From Scenedesmus sp. PABB004 (Eukaryota): a stretch of 64,000 nt of DNA. Below, one piece after another: positions 1 through 13,127 of this stretch. Within the stretch, counting starts at the first letter, position 1; the number at the start of each line of letters is the position of its first letter. The stretch spans positions 372,001-436,000 of the forward strand of contig JABVCE010000028.1 of NCBI GenBank assembly GCA_014905635.1, written 5' to 3'. Position numbers and translations under genes: made by a program. The notes under the pieces were generated by a model. It was not told where the DNA came from. It made no database searches and was given only the letters and a program-made list of their open reading frames with translations.

Positions 1-2799
1 CGCGCCCGCGTGCTGGCCGGCGGCCCGACCGCGCCTGCCTGGCCTTGGCCCGCCGGCCTGCGCGCCTGCCAGCTCCCTGCCGCCGCGGTGGCGGGCGCAC
101 CTGGCGCACGTGCGTGATGCCGAGCTCAGCGAGCTTGCCCTTGAGACTGTAGCCGACGCCAGGCAGCTCCCCGACCTCCAGGTCGCCCAGCACCTGGCGC
201 GGCGGCGCAGCGCGCGCGGGAGGCTCGCCCGCGCCCGGAGCACGCAGGGGGCCGCGCCAGTGCGGCGGCGGGGAGGCGGCGCGCACCTGGCGCGCCTCCC
301 CGCCCGCGGCGATCAAGGCCTGGCCGTTGGGCTTGGCCGCCTTGGTGGCGAGGCGGGCGAGGAGCATGTTGGGGCCGATGCCTGCGCCGCGGGCGGCCGG
401 CGGCCGGCGCGCTGGCCCCCATCCGTCGGCGGCGGCGCTGCTAGCTCGGGGGGGGGGGGGGGACGCCGCGCACCCGCGCTGGCGGTGCACTGCGTGGCGG
501 CGCGGATCTCCTCCCGGATGGCCGCGACGTACGCGTGCGGGTCCTGCGCGGCACCGGCGCGGCGCGGCACAGGGTGGGGCGTGCTCCGCGACTGCGAGCG
601 CAGCCCGCGCCGCCGCTGCCAGAGCGCGGCGCGGCGCGGCACGGGGCGCGGGGTTCAGGCAGGCCGCAGGCGCCGCGCCTGGGTGAGGCCTGTGATGTCC
701 AGGAACGCCTCGTCGCAGGAGAGGGGCGCGACCAGCGGCGTGGCGCGCAGCAGGATGCGGTACACCTGTGTGTGTGTGTGGGGGGGGGGGCGGCAGCAGT
801 GAGCACGAGTTGTTGACCGGCGGCGCCGCGGGCGCGGCCAGCACGCACAGCGGTTCAAGCGCCCTACAACCCCCGTGCGCGCGCGGAGGCCCCACCTGCT
901 CGGAGACCTCCTCGTACTTTTCGAATTCGTACGGCACCACGAGCAGCCCCGGGCACGCGGCCTTGGCGGCGGCCATGAACATGCCCGCCCGGATGCCGCA
1001 GCGCCGCGCCTCGTAGTTGGCGCTCGACACCTCGCCGCTGCCCGCCGCCGACGCGGAGTGGCACACCGCGAGCGGCTTGCCTGCGCGCGGCGGCGAGGAG
1101 GGGAGGGGGCGGGTGCGGGGCGTGGAAGCGACGCGGCTCAGCGCAGGCGCGGCGTGGCGCAGCGACGAGGGCTGGCGCCGCGCGGCGCGGCGGGCGGCGG
1201 GGGCCGCCGCGCACCCGCAAACTCGGGGCGCCCCACCGCCGCCACGGCGGCAAAGAAGCAGTCCATGTCGATGTGGACCACCACACGCTCGCCGCCGGCG
1301 CCGCGCGGGCCCGCCGCCGCCGCGGGGCGCCGCTGCGCCTGCGCGCGCTGCGCCTGCGCGTGCTGCGCGTGCTGCTGCTGCTGCGGCGCCTCTGCCATGA
1401 GCGCCTCGATGCGCGCCTTCCAGCTGCCGATGAAGTGCAGCCGCGACGACCTGCGCGGCGGCCGCAGCACGGCGCGCGCGCGCGCGCGTCGAGGGCGCAG
1501 GGCGAGCAGGCGGGCCCGGGGCGGGGAGGAGGAGGAGGCAACTGCGCTCGCGCCAGCGCCGGCGGCGGCGGGCGCGGCGGGCGGTCGCCGAGGCGCCCCG
1601 CCCCGCCCCGCCTCACCTGAAGAAGCTGCCCATGAAGCCCTGGGGGTCGTCCGCGGTGGAGCGCGGCGGGCCCTTGAGCAGGTCACACGCCGCGCGCAGC
1701 CCCGCCGCGGTCGCGCGCGCCGCCTGCAGGGACGCCTGCTCCGGCTGCGGCGGCGGCGCCTGCTGCGCCGCCTGCTGCGGCTGCGGCGGCGCCGCCTGCT
1801 GCGGCTGCAGCGGCGGCGCCTGCTGCGGCTGCGGCGCCGGCTGCTGCGGCTCCAGCTCAGCCTCCCCCGCCGACTGCTCCTGCAGCCCCTGCCCCCGCTG
1901 CTCGCGCTCTGGCTGCTGCCCCTGCTGCCCCTGCTGCTGCTCCTGCTGCTGCTGCCCCTGCTGCTGCTGCGCCTGCTGCTGCCGCTGCCCGAGCGCGGGG
2001 TAGACCTCGGCCGGCGCGAGCGCGTCGGCGGCGTGGCGCGCAAACTCAAAGAGCTGGCGCTGCCCCGGCGCGTCGCGCAGGCCCGGCAGCAGGAAGTCCT
2101 TCACTGGCAGCACCTGCCCCGCGCGCAGGCTCGCGACGATCCACTCCGGCCGCACCACCGGCACGGGGTCCCTGCGCCGCGGCGGCGGCGGCGGCGGCGG
2201 GGAGGGGCGCGAGGCGCGTCCCCGCTCAGCGTGCCGCCGCGCAGCGCCGCGGTGGCGGCGGCGGTGCATACGCGCCGCACCGCGCGTGCGCGAGCTGCTT
2301 GAGCTTGGTGTCGGGCAGGTTGGCGCACACGATGTGCGTCACGCGGCCGCGGTGGTAGTACGTCTCAAAGCGCCCGCCGTGCAGGGCCTGCGGCGCTCGC
2401 GGCCGTCGGCGCGCGCCCGGGCCGCGCCGCGCTGCGCTGCGCAGCGACGGCGTGCTGCGTGCTGCGTGCTGCGCCGCGCAGCGCTGCGCGCGGCTCGCAG
2501 CGACGCACCATGATCTGCTTGAGCTCCAGGTGCGAGGGCACGGTGAGGCCGTTGACGTGGATGGACACGCCGCGGAAGAGCGCGCTCGCCGGCGTCGCAG
2601 CGAGGGCCTGCGCCTCGAACTGCTCCTGTAGCTTGAGGTTCTTCACGGCAAAATAGGTCTTGAAGCTGCCGCCGTGGTGCATGCTCCCCTCCGGCCCGTT
2701 GCCCGGGGCCCGTGCCGGGCGGGCGGAGATGGGCCATGCGCCCGGGGGCGCCGCCGCTGCTGCGTCGCCATCCCCGCCGTCGCCGAGCCCCGGCTCCAT
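1..2799 (-). CDS. REV1: DNA repair protein REV1 (BRCT + Y-family polymerase), multi-exon, 3' end runs off the window
   Basis: ATG 2799. BRCT-type exons (FRGVSIHVNGLTVPSHLELKQIM / ALHGGRFETYYHRGRVTHIVCANLPDTK / VVRPEWIVASL) precede Y-family motifs SRLHFIGSWK, VVHIDMDCFFAAV, SSANYEARRCGIRAGM and SCDEAFLD. Confidence 0.93.
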
Positions 2800-3129
2800 G
2801 CTACGGCCGCCAGCGGCCCCGTCACGCACACCAGCGTGTCATGAGCGCGGCCTGGCGCGCGCGCGCCGCGGCCGGAGCAGCGGCGGCGACAGCGGCGGGA
2901 GCGGCGGCAGCGCCGGTGCGCGGCGGTCGCTGTGCGGCTCGCTGTCGAGTGAGAGTGAACTGGGGGCGAACGCGTGGCCTGTCGCGTCTGTCACAACCTG
3001 TCGCGCCACACAACCGCCGCGGTTCGCGCGTGTCGCAGCGCGCCGCGCGACGAGAACGAGCGCTCGTTCTCGTTGCCCCCGCCGCGCCGCCACCATCAGT
3101 TTGAACCGCGCGCCTCACCGCCACGCCCC

Positions 3130-3707
3130 TCACTTCTTGCTCTGCTTGTAGCTCTTGGTGTCGAGAATAGACTTGCCGCACATCGCGCAGAGGCCTGGGC
3201 CGGCAGGCGGCGGGGAGCGGCGGCGGCGTCGGCGCGCTGCCGCTGGCCGCGGCCGCGCGCTGGCCGCGGCCGCGCGCTGGCCGCGGCCGCCGCCGCGCGC
3301 GCCGGGCGCGCCGCGCGCACCCTTGGCGTACGCGCAGCCGTGGCAGTACTTGCCCTCCTGGTGCAGGTTGGACTTGCACGTCAGGCACTTGTGCTGAGTC
3401 TTGTAGGGCGCGTACCTGAGGGGCCGGGTGCGGCGTGAGCGCGCCGGGGTGCGGCGTGAGCGCGCGACGCTGTGCGCGCGCCGGGCGCCGCCGGCTGCCT
3501 GCTGCCCGCGCCGCGCGCTGCCGCGGCTGCCTGCTGCCCGCGCCGCGCGCTGCCGCTGGGCGGCGCGCCGCGCCCTCACTTCTTGCTCTTGCTGAGCAGG
3601 GCGTTCTGGTTGAGCTTGCGCGTGGCGCTCGTGTTGTTCGATCCCTCCTTCCACTTGTCGGGGCAGGCCACCTTCTGCAGCTTCTGCTCGCACGCCTGGC
3701 ACACCAT
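3130..3707 (-). CDS. CRIPT: CRIPT-family cysteine-rich protein (3 exons)
   Basis: Spliced product MVCQACEQKLQKVACPDKWKEGSNNTSATRKLNQNALLSKSKK|YAPYKTQHKCLTCKSNLHQEGKYCHGCAYAKG|LCAMCGKSILDTKSYKQSKK* has the CRIPT CxxC pattern; introns are GT-AG. Confidence 0.9.
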
Positions 3708-4359
3708 GCCGCCGCGCGCGGGCCGGAGCAGCGGCGGCGGCGGGCGTGCGCCGGCGCGCGCTGGCGCGCGAGCTGCCGGCCCGGCCGCCGCGCGCTGCGG
3801 CGCGGGAGGCCGCGGGCAGGCCGCGAGGAGGCCGCGGGGCGGGCGGTGGCCGCGGCGCGCGGCGCGGCGCGCGGGCGAGCGGAGCAGTGGCGGCGCGCGT
3901 GCTCGGGCTGGTGCGGCTTGGTGTCGGGGCGGCGAGGGACAGCGGAGCAGTGGAGTGCGGGACGCGGCGGGGTTGGGGCGGTGATGGCGAGCGGCAAGGA
4001 CGCGTCGCGCTCGCCCGGTTGCCTTCTGCGCTCGCGGCTGAGCGCACGCGTGCTCTGCAGTGATCCCTCACAACTCGACTCGCTCCCGTGCCGCCCACAT
4101 CATCCACCCACCGCTCCTTGGCTGCGCGCCGCCGACGCCGCCGCTGCTGCCGCTGCTCGCGCCGCTGCCGGCGCGCCGCATGCCGCCGGCGCGCGTCGCC
4201 GCGTGGTTGCGCGCCTGAGCGGTGCCGGCGTGCCTGGGGCGTGCCGGCAGCGGCCGGGGCGCCGCCCAGCCGCGCGGCCACCCCGCACCAACCGGCCCCA
4301 GCAGTCGCGCGGCGGCAGCGCCGGGCCGCCGGCCGCGGCCGGAGGCGCCGCCGCGGGCC

Positions 4360-7300
4360 ATGGACCGCGCCGGCAGCGCCGACTGGGGCGGCGGCGGGTT
4401 TGGCTCGCTGCACGTGGTCGGCTCGTTTGCGTTCCTCGCTGGCGCACGGTACCTGTATCAGATTTACAACCGCCCCGCCGATGAGGGGGCGTACGCGTAC
4501 GTGCCCTGGGAGGACGGCGCGCTGCCGCCGGACGACACCGTCGTCGTCGACTGCACGCACCCGCGCCTGCCGACGCTCAGCCACCACCGCGGCGCGGCCA
4601 ACCCGGCGGGCCTGCGCCCCGCCGACACCTCGACCGGCCTCGTGCTCAACGCGCTGCAGGTGCGCGCTGGGGGCTCGCGCGGGGGCCCGCGCGGGCGCCC
4701 GCCGCGCCGCGCCGGCGCCCGCCGACCGCCGACCGCCGGCGCGGGCACCGCCGCGCCGCAGCACCGCGCGGGGCCCTGGCTCGCGCGCGACGTCGCGGGC
4801 ATCACGCAGCGGCGCTGCGTGACGGTCAACCACTTTGATGTCGACGCCTTCCTCAGCGTGTGGGCCTACATCAACCGCGCCGCCGCGCTGGAGCACGAGG
4901 GCGGTGCGCGGCGGCGGCGGCGCCCCGACGCCGGCGTAGCTCGCGCCCGCAGTCCACGCGCCGCCGCCGCAGCCTCGCCGCCGCCGCGGCCCACGTGCCG
5001 CCGCCGCGACCCACGCGCCGCCGCCGCGGCCTCGCCGCCGCTGCGGCCCACGCGCCGCCGCCGCCGCGCCGCCGCCGCAGTGCTTCGCCACATGGCGCGC
5101 ATCGGTGACTTCCGGGAAGCCTTCCTCTCGCCCGACCTCATCACCGCGCACGGCGCCGGCGACCGCGTCACCTTCATCCGGTGCGCCGCCGCCGCCGGCG
5201 GTCGGCAGCGCTCGCCCAGTCTCGCCCCCTCGGCGCCCCCGGCCCCCGCCGCCGTGGCTGACACGGCGCGCCGCCGCCGCCGCCGCCGCGTCCGCGACGT
5301 CGCCGCGTTGCAGCGAGGCCTACACGGCGCTGAAGCTCGTGTGCTGGCTCAACACGCTCGAGGCGCGGCTGTTCTCGGCGCCGTACGAGGCCAAGGACGC
5401 GGCGCCCAAGATGGCCTGGTTTCTGGAGCGCTTTGAGCGCGTGCTGCGCGACCCGGAGAGCGCGTGGGGCGACTGGCAGGCGGAGTATACACGGGTGCGG
5501 GGCGGTCACGCGTGGCCGTGTGCGTGGCTGCGTGTGTGTGCGTGCGTGCGTGTGTGTGCGTGTGTTGCTCCGTGCTGCGCCCCGTGCTGCGGCGCCGCCG
5601 GCCGACACGGCCCCTTCACACCCGCAACCACCGCACGCGCGCCCACTGCCAGGTCGTCTCTGGCTTTGATCTGCTCGCCGGCGCGGACTGCATGGTCGAG
5701 GCGCCGCCCGGGCTGGGGCTCGCGGTGCTGTCCGCGCCGGAGCCGCTGCACTACGTCAGCCTCTTCAGCCACACCGTCGGCCAGGACGTCGTGGTGCGGC
5801 GGGCGCGCCGCCCGCGCCGCGCGCCGCACACCACGCGCCACGGCCCCGCGCGCAGCGCCTCGCGCGTTGAGTCACCCCCCTGTCCGCCGCCATCGCCGCC
5901 GCTCGCCTCGCCTCCGCTCGCCTCGCCCCGCGGCGGCAGCTGATGATGTATGACGACAACCGCTACGAGGTGGAGTGCAAGTACACGCAGGTGCGGCGGC
6001 GGCAGGGAGCGGGCGGCAGCTGTGCGGGCGCGGGCGCGGCGGCGGGGCGCGAGCGCAAGTGCGAGTGCGGGCGCACCCGCGCGGCGCCGCGCGCCCGGCG
6101 GCCAGGCGGCTGGATCGCGCAGCCCTGTTTATTCAGCCGCCCGCGCCGCGCCGGCCCTGCTCCGGCCGCCGCACGCGCAGTTTGTCGTGCTCGCGAGCCG
6201 CCCCACGTGGCCGCGGCTCGACATGGCGCCGCTCGCGGCGGTGCTGAACCGCTTTGAGTGCGCGTACGCCGCCGGCGGGCCGGACGCAGCAGCCGACGCC
6301 GCGGCAGCAGGTGCGTTGGAGGGGCCACCGCCGCGGGCGCAGCCGTCGCCGCGGGCGCAGCCGCCGCGCGCGTTGCTGGCGGCGCCGACGCGGCGCCGCC
6401 GCAACCGCGCCCGCCGCGCGCAGCCGCAGGCGGCGAGAGCGAGATGCAGTGGGTCGCCAGCAGCTTCACCGACACGGGTGCGGCGCCCGCGCCCGCGCCT
6501 GCACTCTGCGCACGCCTCCCGCGCCTCCCCACACTGCCGCCACACCTCCGCCGTCTCCGCCGCCGCGGCCGCTGCCGCCGCCTCAGGCCCGCTGCTGCGG
6601 CTGGAGCGCCGGGGGGAGACCCTCAGCAAGGCGGCGCGCTACGGCAGCCCCTGCGACCGGCCCATCCACAGCAGCGCCATCCCGCCGCGCCGCATGCAGG
6701 CGATCGTGCAGAGCTTCCTCGGATTTGGCCTGCAGGCGCGGCGGCGGCGGGACCCGCGCGCACGCGCGCTCGGCAGTCGCCGCCAGCGCCCGGCCGGGGG
6801 CGGGGGCGGCTGCAGCGGGCGCGGGTGGCGGCGCGCGCCGGCCCGCCGACTGCGTGCCTGCCCGCGCGCCGCCCCCGGCGTCCCTCCCGCGCAGGGCCTG
6901 AAGCCGAAGCTCGGCGGCTGGAGCTGGCAGGAGCTGCAGGAGCTCAACCAGCAGATCCACTGGCAGGTGCGGCGACGGGGCGCGGCCCACGGCGACCGCC
7001 GAACCGCACCGCACGCGCCGCGCGCACCGCCGCGCGGCCACGGGCGCCGACGCCGGTGCGCGCGCACACATGCGCGCGCGCGGCGCCGCAGGACTGGGCG
7101 AGCTGCGTGCTGGAGCAGGTGTCGCGCGGGGACCTCGACCAGCTCGGCGCGACGGGCATGGCGGCGGCGCAGCGGCGCCGCAGCCTGCCCGCCGGGTACC
7201 CGCTTGCCAGCTCGGGCGGCGCGGCGCGCGGCGCGGCTGGCGCGGCGCCGGGGGCGGGTGCGCCCGCGGCGCTGCCCGCGGCGGAGCAGCCGGGCGGCGG

Positions 7301-8440
7301 CGAGGTGGAGCTGCCGGAGCTCGCGGCGGGTGCGGGCGGCCCCGCGGCGCGGCGCGCGCAGGCGGCCGCGGCCCCGCATCTCCGGGCCGGCAGCTCAGCG
7401 AACCCACCGCCGCCATGTCGCCCCCGTGCACGCCGCGCCAGGGCCGAGCTTTGCTGGCGGCAAGGGCTTCACCTCGCCCGCCAACATCAGGGCGCCCGGC
7501 GCGGCGCTGCCGGCCGGCGGCGCGCCGCCGGTGCTGAGCCAGCCGTCGGTCGTGGCGCAGCCCGCGGCGCTCGCGGCGCTCGCAGGTGCGCGCGCCGCCC
7601 GCCGCGCCGCCGCCGCGGCTTGACCCCGCCCCGCACGCCGCCGCCTCACCCCGCGCGCCGCGCCGCGCCGCGCCGCGCCGCAGCCGCGCTGCCGCCGCTG
7701 CACCGCGGCACGCCCTGGCTGCTCATCTACTCGACCGCCCGCGACGGCACCAGCCTCGCGACGCTCCTGCGCAAGGCGGAGCGCGTCGCGCCGAGCCTGC
7801 TGCTCGTGCGCGACGGCGGCGGCGGCGTGTTTGGCGCGTTTGTGGCCGAGGCGTGGCGCGCCGCGCCGCGCTTCTACGGCACCGGCGAGAGCTTTGTCTT
7901 TCAGGCGCGCGCGCGCGCAGCGGGGGTTTAGGGCAGCAGGGTTTTGGGTGGCGGCGAGGACTACTTTCCAAGTGTTTTAGGGCTTGCAGGGCGCCGCAGC
8001 GGCCAGACCTGGAGTGGGCCGGAGGGCCCGGCGGGCCCCGCCGGCGCGCGTCCGCAGCTCACGCGCCGCGCCGCCGCCGCGCGCCGCAGCTCGCGCCGGC
8101 GCAGCACAGCTGGGGCTGGGTGAACGCGCCGGGGCTGCGCAACGATTTCTTCCAGTACGCCAGCCACGAGGGCCTCGGCGTCGGCGGCGCGGGTGCGCGG
8201 GGCGCTCGCCGCCGCATTCCGCAGGCTTGAGCGGAGGCCTGGGGCGCGCGCGCCGCGCGCTGTGCCGCGCCGCGACGCCCGCCGCCGCGCCGCTGATCCC
8301 CCGCAGGCCACTGGGCGGTCAGCCTGGACGACGAGCTGCTGCGCGGGAGCAGCGGGCCGTGCGACACGTTCGGCTCGCCCTGCCTCGCGAGCGCCGAGGA
8401 GTTTGAGGTCCTGGCGGTGGAGCTGTGGCACGTGCACTGA
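4360..8440 (+). CDS. DUF6687-like N-terminal domain fused to a C-terminal TLDc domain, multi-exon
   Basis: ATG 4360. N-terminal motifs VVVDCTHPRLPTLSHHRG..ADTSTGLV, TVNHFDVDAFLSVWA, MARIGDFRE. TLDc motifs WLLIYSTARDGTSLATL, GGVFGAF, FYGTGESFVF, LGVGG, LDDELLRGSSGPCDTFGSPCL..EFEVLAVELW*. Exons splice in frame to TGA 8438-8440. Confidence 0.75.
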
Positions 8441-8828
8441 GGCTCCTGGCGCGCAGAGAGTTGGCGCGGCAACCGGCCGCGCTCGGCGATTTTTCCGGCG
8501 TCACCGGCAGCGGCGGCGGCGGCGGCGGCAGGCGGGTCGGTCGCGCCGTGCAGCGTGCAGCGTGTGGTGAGCTGCTCGTCACCGTCGAACGGGAGTCCGC
8601 GCCGGCATATCGCGACAAAGAGCTAACAAAGCGTTCGCCGCTGCGCCCGAGGCCGCTGCGCCCGCGTGGCCTGCTCCAGAAGCCGCTCCAGCTCCGCCCC
8701 ACTCGTCGCGCCCATCGGCGCCCCCCGGGAAGGGCTGCACAGCTCGCGCACGAGCTCCCTCGCACCACTCTTCTCACCTTCGCGGCCGCACAGCGCCGCC
8801 CGCCTCTCCAGCGCCCGTCAGCGCTGTG

Positions 8829-11800
8829 ATGGCGGATCCGCGCTCCCGGCACGCCGGCGCGCCGCTGGCGCTGGCCCTCGCCGCGGCGGCGCTGCTTCTG
8901 CTCGCCGCGGCGCCCGCGCGCGCCCAGGGCGCCGCGCCAGGTGCGGCCGCGCCGCGCGAACGCGCCGGCACGGTCCTCTGGCCGGTTCCGCGCGATCCTC
9001 CGCCGCCGCCGCCGCCGTCACCGCACGGCCGCCCGCTGCTGCTGCTCGCCCGCCCGCGCAGCCGCGGCGGCGCCGCCGCTCGCGTGCGCGCGCATCGCGG
9101 AGGCCTTCACGCGCTACCAGCTGGACTACGCCGGCTTCAAGCCCGCGCCCGGTGCGGGCGGCTTTGCGGGGACGCCGCGCGCGCCGCGCCGCGCACGCCG
9201 TCGCGCCGCGCGCCGCGCGCCGCACCGCGCGACCCCGAGCGTCACCGCCTGCCCCGCCCCGCCCGGCAGGCGGCGCGGTGCGGCACAACTTCAACATCAT
9301 GAAGAACAATGGTGAGCGCAGCGGCGGCCCGCGCGCGTGCGGCGGGGGGCGGCGCTCCACACCGGCCCAGCGCTCGCGTGCCCGCTTGCCGCCCACGCGC
9401 GCGCCGCCCCGACGCGCCCGACGCGCCCGCCCGTCGCCCCGTCGCGCCGCCGCGCAGACGACTACGTGTGCGACGCCAAGGGCTCCGACAAGTCCAAGAA
9501 CAAGTGCTGCCACAGCGAGAACGCCGTGCGCGCGATCGAGCTCACGCTGCTCCCGCCGTGCGCGGCCGCGGCGGCCGCGGGCCGCGTCGCGGTGCTGCTC
9601 GACGGCGCGCGCCTCGCGGCGAACCAGTTCGCCGTCGACGCGGGCACGCTCACCGTGTTTGCGGGGCCCGGCCTCGGCGGCCCCGAGCCGCCCTCGACGG
9701 TCGCGCTCGAGTTTGCCAAGCCCGCGTCGCCCGGCGCGCCCGACGCCGCGTGCAGCACGGGGCTCGCGACGCAGGGCTTCGGCCCCTGCCCCGCCGCGAC
9801 GGGCTGCGCGTTCAGCCTGCTCATCTCGCCGGCGCCGCTCGACGGCCCGCGCGGGCGCTGCGGCAGCGCTGGCTGCGCGGAGGCGTGCTGTGACGTGCAC
9901 GGCAACACTCAGACGACCGAGGCGATCGCGTCGACGTCGGCGTTCAAGTGCGGCGCGCCCGCGCGCGGCGTGCCGGGCCCCAAGGGCCTGTCGACCGAGG
10001 TGGACACCAGCGACTTCCCAGTGCGCTTCCTGGTCATTGGTGACTGGGGCGCCAACTCAAAGTGCGTCGCGCGCGGCGCGGGATGAACCCTGACCCTCCA
10101 GCGGTCGGGGGCGCGCGTGGCACTGCACGCGGCGCGCTGCGCAGCGTCCTGCTGGATGGATGGCGCAGGCAGACAGCCGGGCGCGCGGGGCCGGCCCGCG
10201 GCGCCGACCGACCCGCCGACCGACCCCGCCGCAGGCCGACGCCCTCGGGCGACGCCAACCCCGACCGCCGCGCGCAGCAGCTCGTTGCCGCGGCGATGGC
10301 GCAGACGGCTGACTGCTTCAAGCCCCAGTTCATCGCCAACATGGGTGCGCGCCGCCGCGGCGACCTCGCGCCGCCCTCGCGTCGCCCACCCGCCGCACCC
10401 CTCCCCCGACTCCCAGCACGCTGACCCTCCTCCCCTTCTGTGCGCATTTGCGCGCCACAGGCGACAACTTTTACGACAACGGGCTGCGCAGCGTCAACGA
10501 CACGCACAAGAAGGCGCAGTGGGCCGACGTTTACGGCCGCTTCCCTTCCCTCGCCAACCTTACGTGGTACGGAGTGCTCGGGAATCACGATTATAACAAG
10601 TATTACGAGCCGCTGCCGAAGGTGGGAGCTTTTGTGTGCTGGCGACTGCGCCGCCCGCACGGGGCGGGGCGTCACCGTTGCGACCACGCGCGCGCGCGGC
10701 GCATCACCCGCGCGTCACCCGCGCGCCGCAGGAGTGCCTGACCGACAGCTGGGCGGCCTGCCAGACGATGGCCTGCTGCTACTCGCCGCGCTGGTGCGCG
10801 CGCCGGGCCCGACGCGCCGGCCCGGGCTGGCGCCGGCCCAGCCGGCGCGGCCCGCCCGCCGCCCGCCGCGCTGCGGCGGGCGCCGCCGGCGGCGGCGCCC
10901 GCACGGCGCCGCGTCCGCCCGCGCTCGCTCTCCACTCGCGCCCCACTCGCGCCCCACTCGCTCCCCACTCGCTCCCGTCCCCGCCCCTGACACCACAGGC
11001 TCTACACGGAGCACTTTGGCGACCCGCGGTGGGTCACGTCCAACGGCAGCTACGTCGTGTCCAAGGGCGATGGCCTCGTCGACCTGGTCATGTTTGACAG
11101 CAACCCGTTCATGCCGCATTACCTCAAAAATCCAAAGGACCTGCTGCCCTGGCTGCCCGGCGGGCTGCGCGAGCAGAACGCGACCGCGACGGCGGAGGCC
11201 GTCAAGCGCCAGCTGTCGAGCTCCGACGCCGTGTGGAGATTGGTGGTGAGTCGCCATGCGCTCGCACGCGAGCACGCCGCCGTGCCTCGCGAGGCTGGCC
11301 TGGCGGACGCGGCCGACGGCCGTGTACTCCGCGGCGCGGCGCTGCACTGCGCGGCGCGGCGCTGCGCGGCGCGGGCAGCCGCCGGGCCAAGCGCGCACAT
11401 TGCCGCCGAACAGCCGCGCGCTCGCGCTCGAAACTCTTCTTGCAGGTGAGTCATCATACTTTCGAGTCAATGGGCCACCGCTGTTATCCGAGCTACAAAG
11501 AGTGCAGGCGTGAACAGCGGCGCGCAGGCGCACGGGGCGTGAGCGGCTCGCGCCCCTCACGCCAGCTCGCTCACCCGGCGCGCCGCCGCTGCGCCGCCGA
11601 CCGCCGCTGCGCCGCCCGCGCCAGGCCGATGGAGGGCCTCAAGCGCTTCCTCTGGCAGCAGAACATCCCCCTGGCAATGAATGGGCACGACCACAGCCAG
11701 CAGGTCGGGCGCGCGCCGCCGCGCCCTGCACCCGCCGCCGCAAGCGACCAGCCCCGCGCGCCACGCCGACGCGCCCGCCCGCCCGCCCGCCCGCCCGCCG

Positions 11801-12429
11801 CACCCGCCGCAGCTGGTCAAGAACGGCAGCGGGCCCACCTTTTTCCTCACCACCGGCGCGGGCGGCCGCGTGACGGGTGCGCGCGCGCCCCGCCGCGGCC
11901 CGCCGCCGCCGCCCCCCCCCCCCCCCCCCCCGCCCCGCCGCCCCGCTCACGCGCGCCCCGCACGGTCCGCCGCGCGGCGCAGACGCCGTCGTCGAGAACG
12001 CCAAGGTCCTGTGGCCCAACGGCCCCCTCTACACCTCATCCGGCAGCGCCTTCATTGCCGACAACGGCTTTGCGACCGTCGCCGCGTCGCGCGACCGGCT
12101 CGTGCTCAAAATCTACACCATCGGTGCGGCGGCGGCGCGCGTGGCGGCGGCGCGCGTGGTCGCGGCGCGCGTGGTGGCGGCGCGCGTGGCGGCGGCGCGC
12201 GGCGGCCCTGGCCGGCCGGCGGCGGTCGCTCAAGGGGCCTCACGCGCGCCGGCCCGGCACGCCCCGCCCCGCCGCAGGCAAGAACGGCCCGCAGCAGGGC
12301 CTCGCCTATCAGCTGGTCCTGAACGCCAAGGACTTCCGCAAGCCCGGCGGCACCACCAAGCCCGCCGCGACCACGCCCGCCGCGCCCAAGCCCGCGGCCG
12401 CGCCCAAGACCGCGGCCGCCAAGCCCTAG
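8829..12429 (+). CDS. Secreted purple acid phosphatase (type-5/TRAP-like) with an N-terminal Cys-rich, pherophorin-like domain
   Basis: Signal peptide LALALAAAALLLLAAAPARA. Metallophosphoesterase motifs FLVIGDWG, GDNFY, GVLGNHDY, VSHH and MNGHDH are intact; TAG at 12427-12429. Confidence 0.88.
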
Positions 12430-13127
12430 CCAGAGCCGGGGCGTGTGCTTGGATCCAACCTCCGGAGCTTGCGCGCGTGCGCGCGGTGCAGGTGTGGGGG
12501 GCGCCGGACTCGCGGCGTGGGCAAACGTGACGCAGGCTGCTGAACCAGTCGGGGCTCAGAAGAGCCGGGGCTCGGAACAGCCGGTGTTTGTTCGTGTTGT
12601 TATTATTCCACGAGCACGTGAGTGAGCTCACTGAGCATTGCGGGTGCATGTGCGGGGGCGCGTGTGCCAGCGCGCGCAGTGTCCGCGCAGCACGTGCAGC
12701 ACGGCCGGTCGGCGCGCTGCCTTGACTCTGCTCTGGCTGAGCGGGGCTGTTTGATGTGGCATGTTTGACGGTAAGACGCATTGTTTCGCGTGGCGGTGCC
12801 AGCGGCGCGCGGCGACAGCGGCGGCGCTTCGGCGCTCAACCGCAGCGAACGCCCCGCGCTTTGCCCCCGCCGCACCAACGCACCGTGCCAGTCCCCGTCC
12901 GCTCCGTCGTGCCTCGCCTGGCCCGCACCGCCCAGCAGACGCCTCGCAGACGCCCCGCAGGCGCCCCGCTGCTGCCTGCTGCTCCGAGCCGCGCCCGCGC
13001 AGCGGAACCAGGCATCTCAGACCGCCGTGCGCTTCGTGGCGGGCGGGCACCGCGCCGCACGCCCGCGTTGTTGGCGAGCAGCAGCGTCGCATCCGGGCGC
13101 CCCGGCGCCCGCCCGGGGCGTGCGGCC

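Noticed and set aside
1632..2003. Metallothionein-like Cys-rich ORF
   Set aside because: It is the antisense of the CAG-rich (poly-Q/P) linker of REV1.
5941..5950. TGATGATG as in-frame UGA/selenocysteine or recoding
   Set aside because: With the CAG acceptor at 5939 the frame reads CTG ATG ATG TAT (LMMY); no stop is in frame.
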